A stretch of DNA of 64,000 nucleotides from Macrostomum lignano (lineage: Eukaryota): contig NIVC01001205.1 in the NCBI GenBank assembly GCA_002269645.1, forward strand, positions 272,038-336,037, written 5' to 3'. Of the stretch, positions 12,301 through 23,575 are shown piece by piece; positions within the stretch are counted from its first letter, which is position 1, and each line of letters opens with the position of its first letter. Below the pieces are notes generated by a model. The model saw nothing but the letters and a program-made list of their open reading frames with translations. It searched no databases and was not told the origin of the DNA. A program made the translations under genes and the position numbers.

Positions 12301-13000
12301 GATTGATTCACTTAAGGATGGGGTGTGGGATTCACTGAGCTATGATGGGGTGTGGGATTCACTGAGCTATGATAGGATGTGGGATTGATTCACTTAAGGA
12401 TGGGGTGTGGGATTCACTGCGCTATGATGGGGTGTGGGGTTCAATGCGCTATGATGGGGTGTGGGATTCACTGCTATGATGGAGTGTGGGATTGGTTGTC
12501 CTCTAGAATGGGATGTGGGATTGATCTCCCACTAGGATGGGGTGTGGGATTGATATCCCACCAGGATGGGGTTTGAGATTAACTATCATAGGAAGGTGGT
12601 TTGGGATTGGTCGTGCTCTAAGATGTGGTGTGGGATGGACTCTTTGGATAGGGTGTGCTATGAACTTAATGAAAGTGCCTTAAGCAAAGCTTGTGACGCA
12701 AATCGACAACTTCAAAGGTTTGAGCAGCGCACAGGCCGCATGCGGCTGACCTGGGAGTCGGCGCTGCACGCCAAAGTTCGCCAAGAGGAGCGACGACGTG
12801 CGGCCCGAGAGCGTCTGGAGGACGGCTGGGAGGAGGACGATGTGATGCGGTCGGAGTTTCAAGAGGTCGACCTGCGGCTGCTGGTCAACTTGGCTGACAT
12901 TGTCGGCGAGACTGAGGAGAGGCGAGAAGCGCTGGAGCGGGTGACGGACAGCCTCGAGACTGAGCTTAGTAGTCTTGACTCGTTTCTGCAGACTGCCTAA
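385..13000 (+). CDS. CCDC175: Spliced coiled-coil protein gene, CCDC175-like, 5' end probably upstream of the window. Exons: 385-470, 561-672, 1556-1691, 2364-2595, 3382-3501, 3984-4093, 4176-4330, 4547-4610, 6508-6618, 7057-7104, 7634-7786, 9209-9280, 10479-10614, 11183-11697, 12718-13000
   Basis: All 14 introns are GT-AG and the phases join into one frame (2333 nt including a 2-nt 5' overhang, 776 aa plus TAA). Peptides such as ELHRNKAKDILETETIKCCAVRHKLMHYPDEINREIHEAVKAARSLN, LNERLADKAGEQISLNEN, ELEELLPKFAEFE and KLKTVLEENARLRNGI align from memory, in order, with human CCDC175 (EEMRKATIDLLEIES...ELEECVRDARRLN; LNQTMEKKATTTVYINET; ELVEYLPQLQVAE; DLLLLENKKLKEYI). Orthology was not verified by search. 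Exons 10-11 are the least certain. Confidence 0.8.
836..1510. repeat. 24-bp G-rich minisatellite (GATGGGTAGGGGGCGGATCTTACT)n in intron 2
   Basis: Direct tandem periodicity; it produces the 8-aa periodic shadow ORFs in the ORF track. Confidence 0.95.
1745..2190. repeat. 21-bp purine-only-like minisatellite (GAAGAGAGGAGAAGGGAGATG)n in intron 3
   Basis: Tandem units are visible; this is the source of the spurious MEERRRE ORF 1628-2380. Confidence 0.95.
2638..3250. repeat. About 24-bp minisatellite (GGCGCCATTTCATTTGAGATGAGG)n in intron 4
   Basis: Tandem units with a variable G-run. Confidence 0.95.
3515..3954. repeat. 21-bp minisatellite (GAGGGTGTCTGTAGGGGGTCA)n in intron 5
   Basis: Tandem units, degenerate at the 5' side and homogeneous at the 3' side. 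Confidence 0.95.
4292..4490 (+). repeat. 51-bp tandem repeat (about 4 units) spanning the exon 7/intron 7 boundary
   Basis: Units start at 4292, 4343, 4394 and 4445; each copies the exon end plus the donor GTGAGTTG. Confidence 0.95.
4695..6380. repeat. Two minisatellites in intron 8: 30-bp (CAGAGGAATCCCCCTCCTTTAAACCCCCCT)n at about 4695-5400 and 20-bp (CCCATCCAATCTCACCCTAT)n at about 5815-6380
   Basis: Direct tandem periodicity. Confidence 0.93.
6648..7500. repeat. Degenerate CTAATTGG-based repeat (about 6648-6825, intron 9) and about 21-bp CTCCCATCCCTAATCT-based repeat (about 7195-7500, intron 10)
   Basis: Imperfect tandem units are visible. Confidence 0.8.
7792..8755. repeat. 23-bp minisatellite (GAGACAGACGGGGTCACAGCTAA)n in intron 11
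   Basis: Tandem units with interspersed GGTCAGTGTGGCAGAGGG variants. Confidence 0.95.
9415..10410. mobile_element. Non-autonomous hAT-like MITE carrying a 21-bp minisatellite (GCAGGCACTCATTTTAGCGCC)n in intron 12
   Basis: Termini CAGGGGCGTCGCCA ... TGGCGACGCCCATG form a 13/14 inverted match. Flanks GATCCTGG and TCTCCTGG resemble a decayed 8-bp TSD (6/8). The internal array lies at about 9500-10280. Confidence 0.7.
10745..11160. repeat. 23-bp minisatellite (CAGTGTCTGCTGTCTATGACATA)n in intron 13
   Basis: Direct tandem periodicity ending just before the polypyrimidine tract. Confidence 0.95.
11720..12660. repeat. About 27-bp minisatellite (GCTATGATGGGGTGTGGGATTCACTGC)n in intron 14
   Basis: Tandem units decaying towards the 3' side. 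Confidence 0.93.
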
Positions 13001-13384
13001 GATTGGGACAGATACTAATACGAATTGAAACATTATATATCTCATGATTTTATATTTTACTACTTAGCTTAAAGATGAGATTCTTCCACTAAAAAACACT
13101 CGTGGAAGCACAAGGGGTAAGGCTACATGTGTGATACATATAGGAAACTATATCCTATTTTTTGTCAGTCATTCAGTTCTAATGAATGACGCTTGTAATT
13201 TATTACACTAACAGTAAATATATCGATTTTTTCAAAAAACATAAAAGCGCTAATCGTGAGAATCTGAGCGCTGAGTATAAGTAATTTTATATTTCAAACA
13301 ATTTAGACTTTTTCCATTGCTTAAGTATAGCTGATATCGGCTTACATTTATTTGTTCTGTAAAATTTGTGTTTTCACAACGCTC

Positions 13385-14620
13385 TGTAGCTCGCGCTAAA
13401 CACACTACTGAGAGCAGTAGTAGTATCAGGCGAGTCTGCCTCTTTCACAGCTACCGCGCCCACCAGGCCAAAAACACTAAGCTGGTCCGAGGCCAGAGTG
13501 TCCCGAACCGTAGCCATGGTTACACTACATGCGACCCAAGGGAAGGAAAAGGAAAGAAATGAAGACAAAGAAGAACCGATAGCTTCTTGACCGAGGGTCA
13601 AGCCTGGCAACTCTCTTGAGAGGGCAACTGACTTTTAAATTCGTTAGCCATGGCTGTGCCACCACTGGTTGCGGAGGATGAAAACTTGATATCCTTTTAA
13701 TATGCCGGTGCCCCAACGATGTTTAGGCTCGGAAAAGAGTTTGCCGTCCCAGCAACAGGTGCACTATCAATTAGGCTTTACCCAGCTCGTCCGTCAGCAG
13801 TGTTGAATTAACCACAAGACACATCAGCCCCAAAACATAACCAGCAGGAGAGCTGAGGCTTAATAGTGATCGTATACTTCTCATGCAATATCCTACGTGC
13901 TCAGATTCTCGCTGGTGGGATGTTGGTGTATCATAAAAAACGTCACATTTATGGAGGTCCCACCGAGACACAACGTTAATGACATTACGAGCTAGCTCTA
14001 CAAAGTTAAAAACAAGTCGCTATAGATATGGTCAGCTATTCGTCATTGACCTGCCTGGTGGTCTTGTCATCAGTCCTCGCCTGCTGTCATTAGTGCTTCT
14101 GTCTCATCGTTCCGTCAGTGCAGTCTGCCGAATTGCCTTGCCTTTTGAGTCGGTTGGCTTGTTCTAGGGCTGCAGGCTACTGTCACTCAGAGAAGAGACA
14201 GAGAAGATACTGACACTCAAAATGCTCTTGCTGTTTGATGCATTGGCTTCCTTACATCGACTGAAGGACGTGAAGCTGGCTTCCAACTCTGCCTGTCAGA
14301 TGTCTTGGCTTCGTCCACCAGTGCCTTTCAGTGCGAAAATGAACTTCGATTATCTGGGAGGCGTTCTCTGTTCTCGTTATACATATTCAAATATTAGCAA
14401 AAACAGCTACATGGAGCTTGTCGCCGCCCAGTACAATGGGCAGGAGTCCGTCTTAGAGTTCTACCGATAGATTGATGTGCACGCGCCGCTAATTTGACTG
14501 TTAGCGAAGCCAAACCTCGTGATGAAAGCAAGATTCTGCTATGGTCTAAGAGACAATATTCTATTATTTCGGATAATCCGTCCGAAAACATCAGTGATGT
14601 GCTGTTCAGATAGGCTACGG
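13385..14620 (+). mobile_element. Decayed Ty3/gypsy copy A: putative 5' LTR (TGTAGC...GTCACA, 13385-13947), tRNA-Gln PBS, deleted gag remnant
   Basis: PBS TGGAGGTCCCACCGAGA at 13952-13968. The remnant peptides RPPVPFSAKMNF, MELVAAQYNGQESVLEFY and MKARFCYGLRDN match RPPAAYSPKMKF, IELTSAQQLQSESIQEYF and VRTRFCYGLTDK of the Gag at 28150. The LTR start is tentative. Confidence 0.7.
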
Positions 14621-15185
14621 GAAGGCCTTCCCCCTCTCTGCCATCTCCATTCTTCCATCCCAGTAGTATGAGTTTATAGAAATCTGCCACACTAGCACTG
14701 CAGAGATAGGCAGCAATGCGAAGAGATGAGTGTGTAAACTGCAGCGTGGGGACTGGCTGAGTGTGTGTGGGGGGGGGGTTGGTGTGGTGGGGCAGTCTGA
14801 GGCAGTGGGAGGTGGGGGACTTACAAAATACCAGAAAATTGAATTGTCAATATGTACTATATAAATATTTTTCATAGCCATAAGCAAGGCTTATTTTTTT
14901 GCTATAGATCCCATTTAAATCCAGTCTAACCTCAATCCAACATTGATCCAACTTCTAGCAACTCGATCCAACTTCAATCCAACCTCGACCCTTTCTTTCG
15001 AAGGATGGCGACATGCTGCACCACAGCGCAGTGCTTGGGACATGCGCGCTAAACAAAACGCGCATTGCGCTTCTACCCCACCCCAAGTTGCTCACCCGTA
15101 AAATCCCACAGAGGGACAAAAATCCCACGTTTGTTGTGGGTTTCTCAGACTTAGGAGCGTAGAACGATTCTCAAAGAAGCAAGTT

Positions 15186-16080
15186 AAAAAGGGGGTGCCC
15201 TGTAGCCCTTGTGTTCTTGAATACACAGCAGAAGAAGAGTGCCATTCATTGGTCATTTGTAGAAACTCTTCAATAATAAAGGGGTAAAGTGCAGTTTATT
15301 GGAATTTTCTGGTACACTGAGTTTGGTAGAATTGACATAGACAATGTTAACTCGGAATGAGTACATCGGGGAATAATAAACGGCGTGCACTTTAGTCGGC
15401 AGCCTACTATTAGTTGGCGCTACAGCACCCTAAAATATTAGGCTCCGCCAACCCTGAATGTCGAGACCTTTTGTACACTGACAATTATTAGTAATACATG
15501 TCGTTCGAACAATTTCAATATTTTAGTCCTGTCTCCATTCTTTAATCACTAAGCACTCGGATTATGGATTATCAGGACCGCTAAGGTAACTAAGAAGTAA
15601 ATCAGTAGCCCAGACCGCATGAAATTCTTAGAAAGGACAAAACTGGGTTGATGACGACGTTGAAAGTGAAATCAAATAACGTAATCAATAATACTAGTAC
15701 ATCTATTTATATTTACACACTCCTCAGTATACACACAGTGCGAATACACTGCTGTGTTTTGTCTTCAGCAAACTTAGAGTAGTGTGAGCATCTTTTGTGT
15801 TAGTTTGCATTCTATTAGCTAGTTAATTGTATTAGTTCTGCATTGTTAATCCCACGTTTGTTGGTTTTGACACACTACGTGGCCTCGACCCCGAGGGCCT
15901 CAGTGTTGCACTGAAGAGCAGAGCTGGTAGGACTTAGCCAGAGCTCCACTGAACTGTTAATCCATCAGGGTCCTCGCCTGAGAGTAGGCTTGGGTTTAGG
16001 CCAGTGTTTAGGAGTCTTTCTCCGTGGTCCTGTTCGGTCTTTCTTCTTCAGAGCTGAGATCCGCTCTCCAGTTGCGTAAC
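15186..16080 (+). mobile_element. Possible PPT plus unpaired LTR
   Basis: AAAAAGGGGG(TGCCC) lies directly before TGTAGC at 15201, with AATAAA motifs inside. No matching partner LTR was seen in the window. Confidence 0.35.
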
Positions 16081-16690
16081 TAATTAATTATCGTTATTGT
16101 TATCCTTATTATCAGTGCTCGAATTTATCTGCGTCGCGACTTTGCGTATTCGGTTGTAATTGATTTGAATTAACTAAATTAAAGCGTCTAAAGTCAATAG
16201 CCTTATTCATCTATGAGTATCACTCCCTAAATCTGCATGAATCGTTTCCACCGTGTTTCTTCTTTACTTGTACCGTACCTGCAACTATTGGAGAAAGATT
16301 GGTAGAACTCGCCGACCGGTGTTAGGCAATAGGGCCAATAGTTTCAAAATCTCTACACGCTCCAAAATAGGTTTGTCTAGGGCCTAATTTATTTGCCGTA
16401 TCGTATATTGTATTTATCACATTAGTGTAGTAAGTTGCATTATAACTTTGCTATGTCGGCAGTGTATTTGACTTTCAGTGTATTTTACACTTGCTGCAGT
16501 GAAATTGGGGGTGCTTTGCTTGACTTATTGCACTGGGCAGGAGAGTACACTCTGTGGTCGCTTACTGTGGAATTCAATGCATCTATTTAAGCAGGTAAAC
16601 TGCTAATTTGAAACCACTGCACATATTCGCAAAATCGCATCTTCTCCAGTACCAGAGTACTCGATTTCCGTCACTTTAACCAATTCAATC

Positions 16691-18466
16691 ATGGTCCGGA
16701 CTCGTCAAACTATCGAGAAGTGCACCCTCTTCGGGCAGAAGCCTCAGCATGTTGAATGCCACCAATGCGGCGAGCTTCTATGCAAGTCTTGCAGTGCCAT
16801 GGTGCATAAGAACCCGGCTCGACGAAGCCAGAAGCCGCAGGTGGTTGTCAGAAGACCTGACGCGCCCACAGCCGGAATTGCCGCAACGTAAGTAATTCTA
16901 CTCTAAGCAACCATTTCTCGCGTTATTCAACATTCACCCACCCCTCCGCCTCCAGCGGCGGCAGCGGCAATCCCGCAGGTGGCAGCGGAAACGCCGCAGA
17001 TGGCAGCGGCAACCCCGCAGGTGGCAGCGGAAACGCCGCAGATGGCAGCGGCAACCCCGCAGGTGGCAGCGGCAACCCCGAAGATAGCAGCCGAGGCGAC
17101 TCTGCAGCCGGAAATGCTGCAACGTAAAGTACACAATCCCTACAGCAACAGTTCCTCTCAATGACTTCTCATTCACTCACCCCCCTCTTAGTTCCAAGCC
17201 GAACCGACGTTGCACCGGCGAGACCAGTGCGGACGGCTCGGTTGCCAAGCGCCCGCGTAGTACCGCACCGTCACACCTGCAGGCGTCGACAATCGCCAAG
17301 TCGGCGGTCCCGACGGCCTCTGTGGCACCACATGCGGGTGCGAACGCTCCGCTAGCTGCCCAAGCAGGTATGAACTACTGGCTGGTGCAGTAGTTTGTAC
17401 CCCAACTAAATTTCAAGCTCGTGTGCGAATCCCACATTGCGACACCGAGACCCGCTGGCAGCTATACTCGTTGGACAGGTGTCCGTCTATTGTGCAAAGG
17501 CAATAACAAATGCCAGTGCCAAGCACAGGGCCCTGCTGTTCAACAGGCCATTTAAGAGCTACTGGGAGGCCAAGCTTCACGAGCGGCTCTGCAAGCGTCT
17601 TCCACCTGATCCCCTTGCAGTGCAGCAGTGATGTCCACAGTGCCAGCTTCGCGACACTCAGTTGGCTGAAGCCGTCTCCGGCCTGTGAGAGATACTGTTA
17701 GCAGACAGGAGGCTGAGCTGGATGCCTTTCGCCGTGAGCGCGATAATGCTCTCGCTCTGCAGGCCGAGATGGCCGAGAAATAAGCTGCCTCCGCAGCACA
17801 GTCGCGCAGCTGCAGCAGGAGCGTCACGCCGCCGCCGCTGAGGCGCAGTCGGTGGCTGCATCGCCACAGAGTCCTTCACAGAGCCGATGCCTCAGCCATG
17901 CCGAAACCGCATGCTCATCAGCTCGGCCGCATGACCAAGCCATGCCAGCACTGCCACGCCTTGCTCATGAAGGGGGAGCCACCAGGAATCTGCTGTGCAG
18001 CTGGCAAGGTTAAGCTGCCTGCCAAATTAGTGCCGCAGGTCCTGATGAATTTGTTCCTTAGTCGCCACCCTGATAGCCTGATTTCTTGGCCAACATTAGG
18101 AGCTATAACTCCGTTCTGCACCTCACATTGCTGAAGGCAAAGTTGCGGCCGCTGCAAGGCTACTGCCCCAATGATGTAATCAGTGGTGAGCTGGTGCACA
18201 CCGTCCCGCCTCTGTATGCCGGTGCCAGGGATGTGCCTCACTGCTGGCAAGTCTACTTCATTGACAAGGAGCTTGAGTCCCGCCTGAGACTCAGCGAGAA
18301 AGTCAATTAGCGGCTGCTCGCACTGTTGCAGGCAGTGCTGCACTACTGCAACGAGTACGTCCGGAGCCTGAAGGCTGCAGTTCAGCGGATTAATGAGCAG
18401 CCCCGATTTGAAAGATGCTCAGATCGTGATCTATCCCGACCGGCGACCTGCTGGCGAGCATATTAG
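16691..18466 (+). mobile_element. Helitron RepHel N-terminal region, spliced and pseudogenised, with an N-terminal B-box-like finger. Exons 16691-16887, 16956-17123, 17192-17367, 17479-18466
   Basis: Helitron N-terminal motifs LGRMTKPCQHCHALLMKGEPPGICCAAGKVKLP, IRSYNS, QVYFIDKE, LQAVLHYCNEYV and EHIR before the donor at 18467. GT-AG phases are consistent from exon 1 into the zinc-finger motif. A few in-frame stops and frameshifts are present; Rep and helicase domains are absent. Confidence 0.8.
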
Positions 18467-19199
18467 GTGAGTTTTCTGATGGGTTTCTGTTTGCTGAGGC
18501 TGAATAGATAAGTTTCGTCATACACACGAAATCGAATGGTTAAGCTCCTTTTATGTTATGTTATGCAACGAATGGTTCTTTAAAACGGCGACTTTTTCAA
18601 CTTGCAGTTGATTTGAGTGTTTTGCTTTTTACTATTCTGTGATCCATCCATTCATTTAGTAGGAATTGTTTTCTTTATAATGATTTACTGAAAGAAAATG
18701 AAAAAATAGTAGAAATTCTTTCGCATTTCCTTAAAAGGGGATGTCAACTTTAGCACCAGAATGGAGCCCGAAGTTCAGCTCCGGACCAAACCGACTGCAA
18801 TCGATAACTTGTCGGCTTAAACGACTAGAATCGCCGAGACATCTCATCCCTGGCCCTGACTTGGGGTCCCAGGGGATAAAATGGGAGAATTGGGAGAAAA
18901 GGTTGGGAGAATGTTCTACTCCCTATGCAGTGCAGCATCCTGAGCGCCGCATGCCGGGAATATCAGTTACTCAGTTATTGTTATATTGTCTTTTTCTATA
19001 CTAGTTCTCTATTTTCCATGGAGAACATGAAATTCTTGTTCCTTCATGTTCCATCTATTATTGTCTATTTTTTGTGCTGAAAGTAGAATACCTATTGCGA
19101 TCCATATGAAGAATCTCATGAAGAACATAAAATTATTGTTCCTTCATGTTTGACGCATTATGTATCTCTATGTATCTTCATGTTCAAGCTATGCACATA

Positions 19200-22100
19200 A
19201 GACATGTGTCACTTTCATTTCAGATTTTGTGGGCTTGACGAGCATACTTTCAAATGAGTAAGTATTTTTGCCCTATCGTCTTTTCTGATTGCTTCAAACT
19301 TTATGCACCACACATGCAGAATTTGCACGTGACTCCCTTTTTCATGGTACAGGCCATTTAACTGACTTGGTATGTTCATTTCAGATTGGAATACCGTCTC
19401 CATCGATGACATCCAGAAGATGTTTTCGTCTCGTCGCCTGAGTTACTCAGATGTTGCTATCACAAATCTCTGCCCTGCCAGGATCCACGCCTGTAAGGAC
19501 AGTGTGGTCCAGGCCATGCATTCTGTTGGGCTTTGACGACACATTCATTCACAGGCGCTGGCTGTATGGCCAGTTTCGCAGAAACGAACTAAAGAATTTC
19601 ACAGATAATTCAGTAGATCCTGTCCACGACGAAAGTCCTAGACGTGGACAGCGTTAGTGAGGAGTAAGTATTTGCTGGCCTTTTTAGATCAAATTTTAGT
19701 GTCATGCATGAATCCTGTTTACAATGGTCTTTAGTCAGGGCTCTTTTGAAACATCATGACCCCAGCCCCATCGAAATGTATACAAATAAGAGTCATTTCT
19801 TTGCAATGAGCAGCCGATTTTTCATGCGAGACTGCACACAACGATCATCCTAGATAGCAGCATGCGTCTGCAAAAGAACTGGCAGGACTTCATCTTTCCG
19901 CAATTTTCGACCATACTTTCATGTTGCTTATGCGTGCAGCGAAGCAGGGTGGCAGCTACCTTAGCAGAGTGAAGGCAGATGTCTACTATCGGGTCACCTC
20001 CTGCAACTCTTACACGCCCAGTGAGAGGTCATTGCCGAGAAGAATTGGCTCAGTGAGTCAACTCTTCTAATGCATACTCTGTGTCTGCAGAGCTGGCTAC
20101 GGATGGCATTACACCGGAAGTACAGACCATTAGCGTGCTAATGGTCTTCGCCGAAGCAAGCCACTAACTTTGCCCAGTCATCCAGAGAAGTGCAGTTCAC
20201 AATGCCGAGGAACTACTTGACTTTTCGTAACGTGATGTTTTAACAGTTCATGTCTCGAATGCATGTACAGTAGACCATTTGCTGACAGCTTCGACAGGCA
20301 GTCCAGCGACTTCCCGATGATTGTACTCCCCTGAATAATTTTCTGCATGCAGCTGTCCAGGCTTTTACTCGAGAGTATCCATTTTGCTCGAGCTCGGCTG
20401 CTCCTGCGTTGTTCTGACTTGCACCCGCGTGGCGCTGTCGTCGCAGTGCTACGTCGCAGTCATGTGATTACTTCGACATATCCTCTTTGAATTTTGGCGC
20501 TAGCAGACTCATTACACTATATTCCAGGATGAAAGCTAAGCTGGGAGTTTGTCTGAATACGCTAGAGGGTATTTCGACCGACGAAAATGGATGTTGGCGA
20601 CGGATGCTACTGGTTCTAGTCTGTTTTCTACGCCGTCAGCGGTATCAGGGCCTGCCTGCCTAGTAAGCGAAATAATTTCGTGAATGGAACATTTAATGAC
20701 AATATATAGTCTGCAATTCTATTTTTATCTGTCATAAATACGGTTATCGATTCGGAGTATTCAAGTATCAGTAAGCATCGAATATCGCAGATTTGTGAAA
20801 CAAAAGATAATATAGAAGATATATCGAGGGATCATAATGAAATTCAGGCGTAAAAATTGTCAGCATAAGCAGTGTTTGTGGGTAAAATTTGTTAAGGTTA
20901 ATGTGTTTGTGGTTGGATTATATAGCGTTGTAGCTGGCTTCAAAAATTCACTTTCGTTTGGTCTAGTCTTATCGCAAGAGTAGGCCGCCCTGCTGTGAGG
21001 CTGCATTGGACAAGGAGCATACCTGTGGGTGAAGGTGCCTCAGGGATGAGGTGGATTGGTATCGAACCAATTCGCTACAACCCTAGAACAGGGCTTCATT
21101 CCTGTATTATCCTTTTTGTTATCTTGCAGCCGGGCCCTTCCTGGCATCTTAATGGTCTATGCTTGGGTCGCCTGCTGCTTTCAACGCTATGTAAAAATGG
21201 GGCCATTGTAGGTTAGCCAGTGAATGCGAGATTGTGGCTATCGGTTGCCGTTGCTGATTTGGTTGGCCGTTGTTGTATTGAGAGCCTTAATAGCCGTTGC
21301 TCCTATTGCTCATGTATCCTTGACGCTGAGCCAGTTGGCCCTATCTCTGAGGGCTCGTATGGTTGCATTCAACTGTTCAGTGAGTCTTCGACTTACAATT
21401 GTGGCAATAACGGCGGCACTGAGCGGCCAGATGGCCAGGCTTACCGCAATTGTTGCAGTTTCTGCTGGTGCCTCTGGCTCCTTGTGGCTGTTGACGGCTG
21501 CTTCTTGGGCTGAAGCCTTGCTGTCGATTGCGCTGGTAGCACCTGTCTGCCGTATGTCCCTGCTTGTGACATATCTGGCAGCTTGTCGCGGTGTTTCCGC
21601 TTTGCGGGCGTGGATTGTTCATTGACTGTTGCGGCATGTTGTTCACTGTCTTGATCGTCGCCTCCATCTGGGCGACCAATGCCGATAGCTTGCGGGTGTC
21701 CTCAGTTTCTCGCTTGATGTCGTGAAGTGCTTGCCATTGCAGTGCCTCTCGAGTAATTTCCGTCACTGTTTGGTGGCGTCCTCTTGCTAGGTGTAGACGT
21801 AGTGCTGGAACTGCGTTCTGCTGAACGTGTAGCATGATGTGGTCTTGGATGATGCGTTGTTTACTATGTCGCCGTAGTGCCGCATCCGCTGCATTTTCTT
21901 CTTCCAGTGCCGGTTCTTGATAGACGGAGTTCTCGACCAAGTTGGTGATGTCTGTGATAAATTTGTTGACGTCTTGTCCCAGTTGCATCTTGCGGGATGC
22001 CAGTTGTAGAATAACCGTTGATCGGTCCATCCTTCGGATGTCGAAAATTACCCGTAGTGCTGGTATCAGTTCCTCGTATTTCAGGCGAGTTGCCTCGTCA

Positions 22101-22200
22101 AGTGTTGAGTATTGATTTCGAGCATTCGGTCGTAGTAGTAGAGGTAGTAGCCGACATCTCTCGGCGTTTCCCAGTCCGTATGTAACGATGTTGATATTTA
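19200..22200 (-). mobile_element. Decayed minus-strand Ty3/gypsy element: gag (about 22190-21360) and heavily eroded RNase H/integrase traces (about 20560-19230)
   Basis: Gag frame ERCRLLPLLLRPNARNQYSTLDE...MDRSTVILQLASRKMQ with knuckles CQICHKQGHTADRC, CNNCGKPGHLAAQC and CHNCKSKTH*TVEC. The pol traces (ILEY, NGLLY...QVVP, SKYLLL) are weak and full of stops. Confidence 0.6.
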
Positions 22201-23575
22201 TTTCTGAAAATATTCTAGTGTTATTAATGCCTCTTTAGTATTATATTATTAATCTAACTACTATTTATTAAACGAATCTTAAATTTATTCTATTTATACA
22301 TAAAATTTGTTTTACTGTATCATTCATAGAAATACGGGTATTGCATTATTTAAAAGTGGGTTATATCGCATTTTTGTTCTCTAGTGTTTTTCTGGTCTCG
22401 CTGGGCTCGTGTGTGCTGTTGGTTTGTCCGCCGCGTTGTGCCTATTCGCCATACTTAGTACCAATAATTTAACAGCAACAGTTAACTCCTGTCTTCAAAT
22501 AAATAATATAATACGGTTAAATACAATCGAAGTATTTAGTCGAAGTTAAAATTCTAAACTTTCTTGCTACGTAGACTCATTTATTGATAAGTGCATAGCC
22601 GTCAGCACCGAACAAGAAGGGTCGCGTCACATTATTTTGGAGGTCCCACCGAGACGGCTAAATTAAAATTGACCCAGCCTGCAATCTACATCGCCGACAA
22701 CCATTGCTAACCATCTGCATCGTATGCAATCTGCAATCGGCAACAGGAAGCCAACTTGCCACTGCCAGTGACATTGCCTGTACCTCAGTCAGCCGCCTAT
22801 CTGCTAGCGCCACTGCAAAGTACTGAGCGTACTGTCTGCCGATCTAGAAAACCGGTCTGAACCAGTTTACGCTTTGGCGGCCAACTCTGAACTGGACAAC
22901 AACCCCCAAGTCACGCGATCAAAGCCAAGGCCATCCACCCGCAGCCAACCCAGCCAGCCAATTAGTCACGTGACAATCGTCAACACAAATTTGCTAGTCT
23001 GTCGGACCTAGAGGCTAATACAAGTCAAGAAATAACCCTAAGGCTTAAGTTGTTTACCAGTTTTGTACCAACCCAAGACCAGCCTAATTCTGCAAAATCT
23101 GTCAACAAGTCTGCTGAGTCATCGGGTCGTGTTTTTGTCTGTCTGCCGCCCCGCGGGTACTCCTCAATTTTTTATTGTGTTGAGAGCGCCGCACTGGTAA
23201 AGCGCCCGCTGCAGCCGCCATTGGACACTGCCTGTGATTGCAACCTGCGCTACTGCAGTCAACAGTGCAAGTGCAGTCTGTCATCACTCATCAGCCTGCG
23301 ACTTCAGCCTAGGCCTACAGCCAGCGGTGACCATCGATAACGCCGGCCAGTGCTGGGCATCGTCAGCGACCGAGACGAGTCGAGCTGTGTTGAGTCGAGT
23401 CGAGTCGAGCCGAGCCGAGCTGAGACAGACCGAACCGAGCGGTGAACCGAGTGACCTGGCGAGCGGCGAGCTCCTTCAACGGCCGGACCCGCAGTTCAGC
23501 GTCGCAGTTAAGACTGAATTCATAATTTTTGTCAAGTAGAATAGGGCCTATTGTGGCAGTAACTATAATAGGATT

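Noticed and set aside
931-12576. Many periodic ORFs (MGRGRILL, MEERRRE, MAPLISNE, KMSACGA, MMGCGI and others)
   Set aside because: They are stop-free translations of intronic minisatellites; the true exons lie elsewhere and splice in frame.
836-12660. Tandem arrays as CRISPR arrays
   Set aside because: Units abut with no unique spacers, there are no cas genes, and the context is eukaryotic introns.
13385-16080. Pairing 13385-13947 with 15201-16080 as the two LTRs of one element
   Set aside because: They share only the first six bases (TGTAGC); no further similarity or TSD.
22445-22463. Minus-strand TGGTACTAAGTATGGCG as a PBS for the decayed gag element
   Set aside because: No tRNA 3' end that I recognise, and no adjacent LTR terminus or partner LTR.
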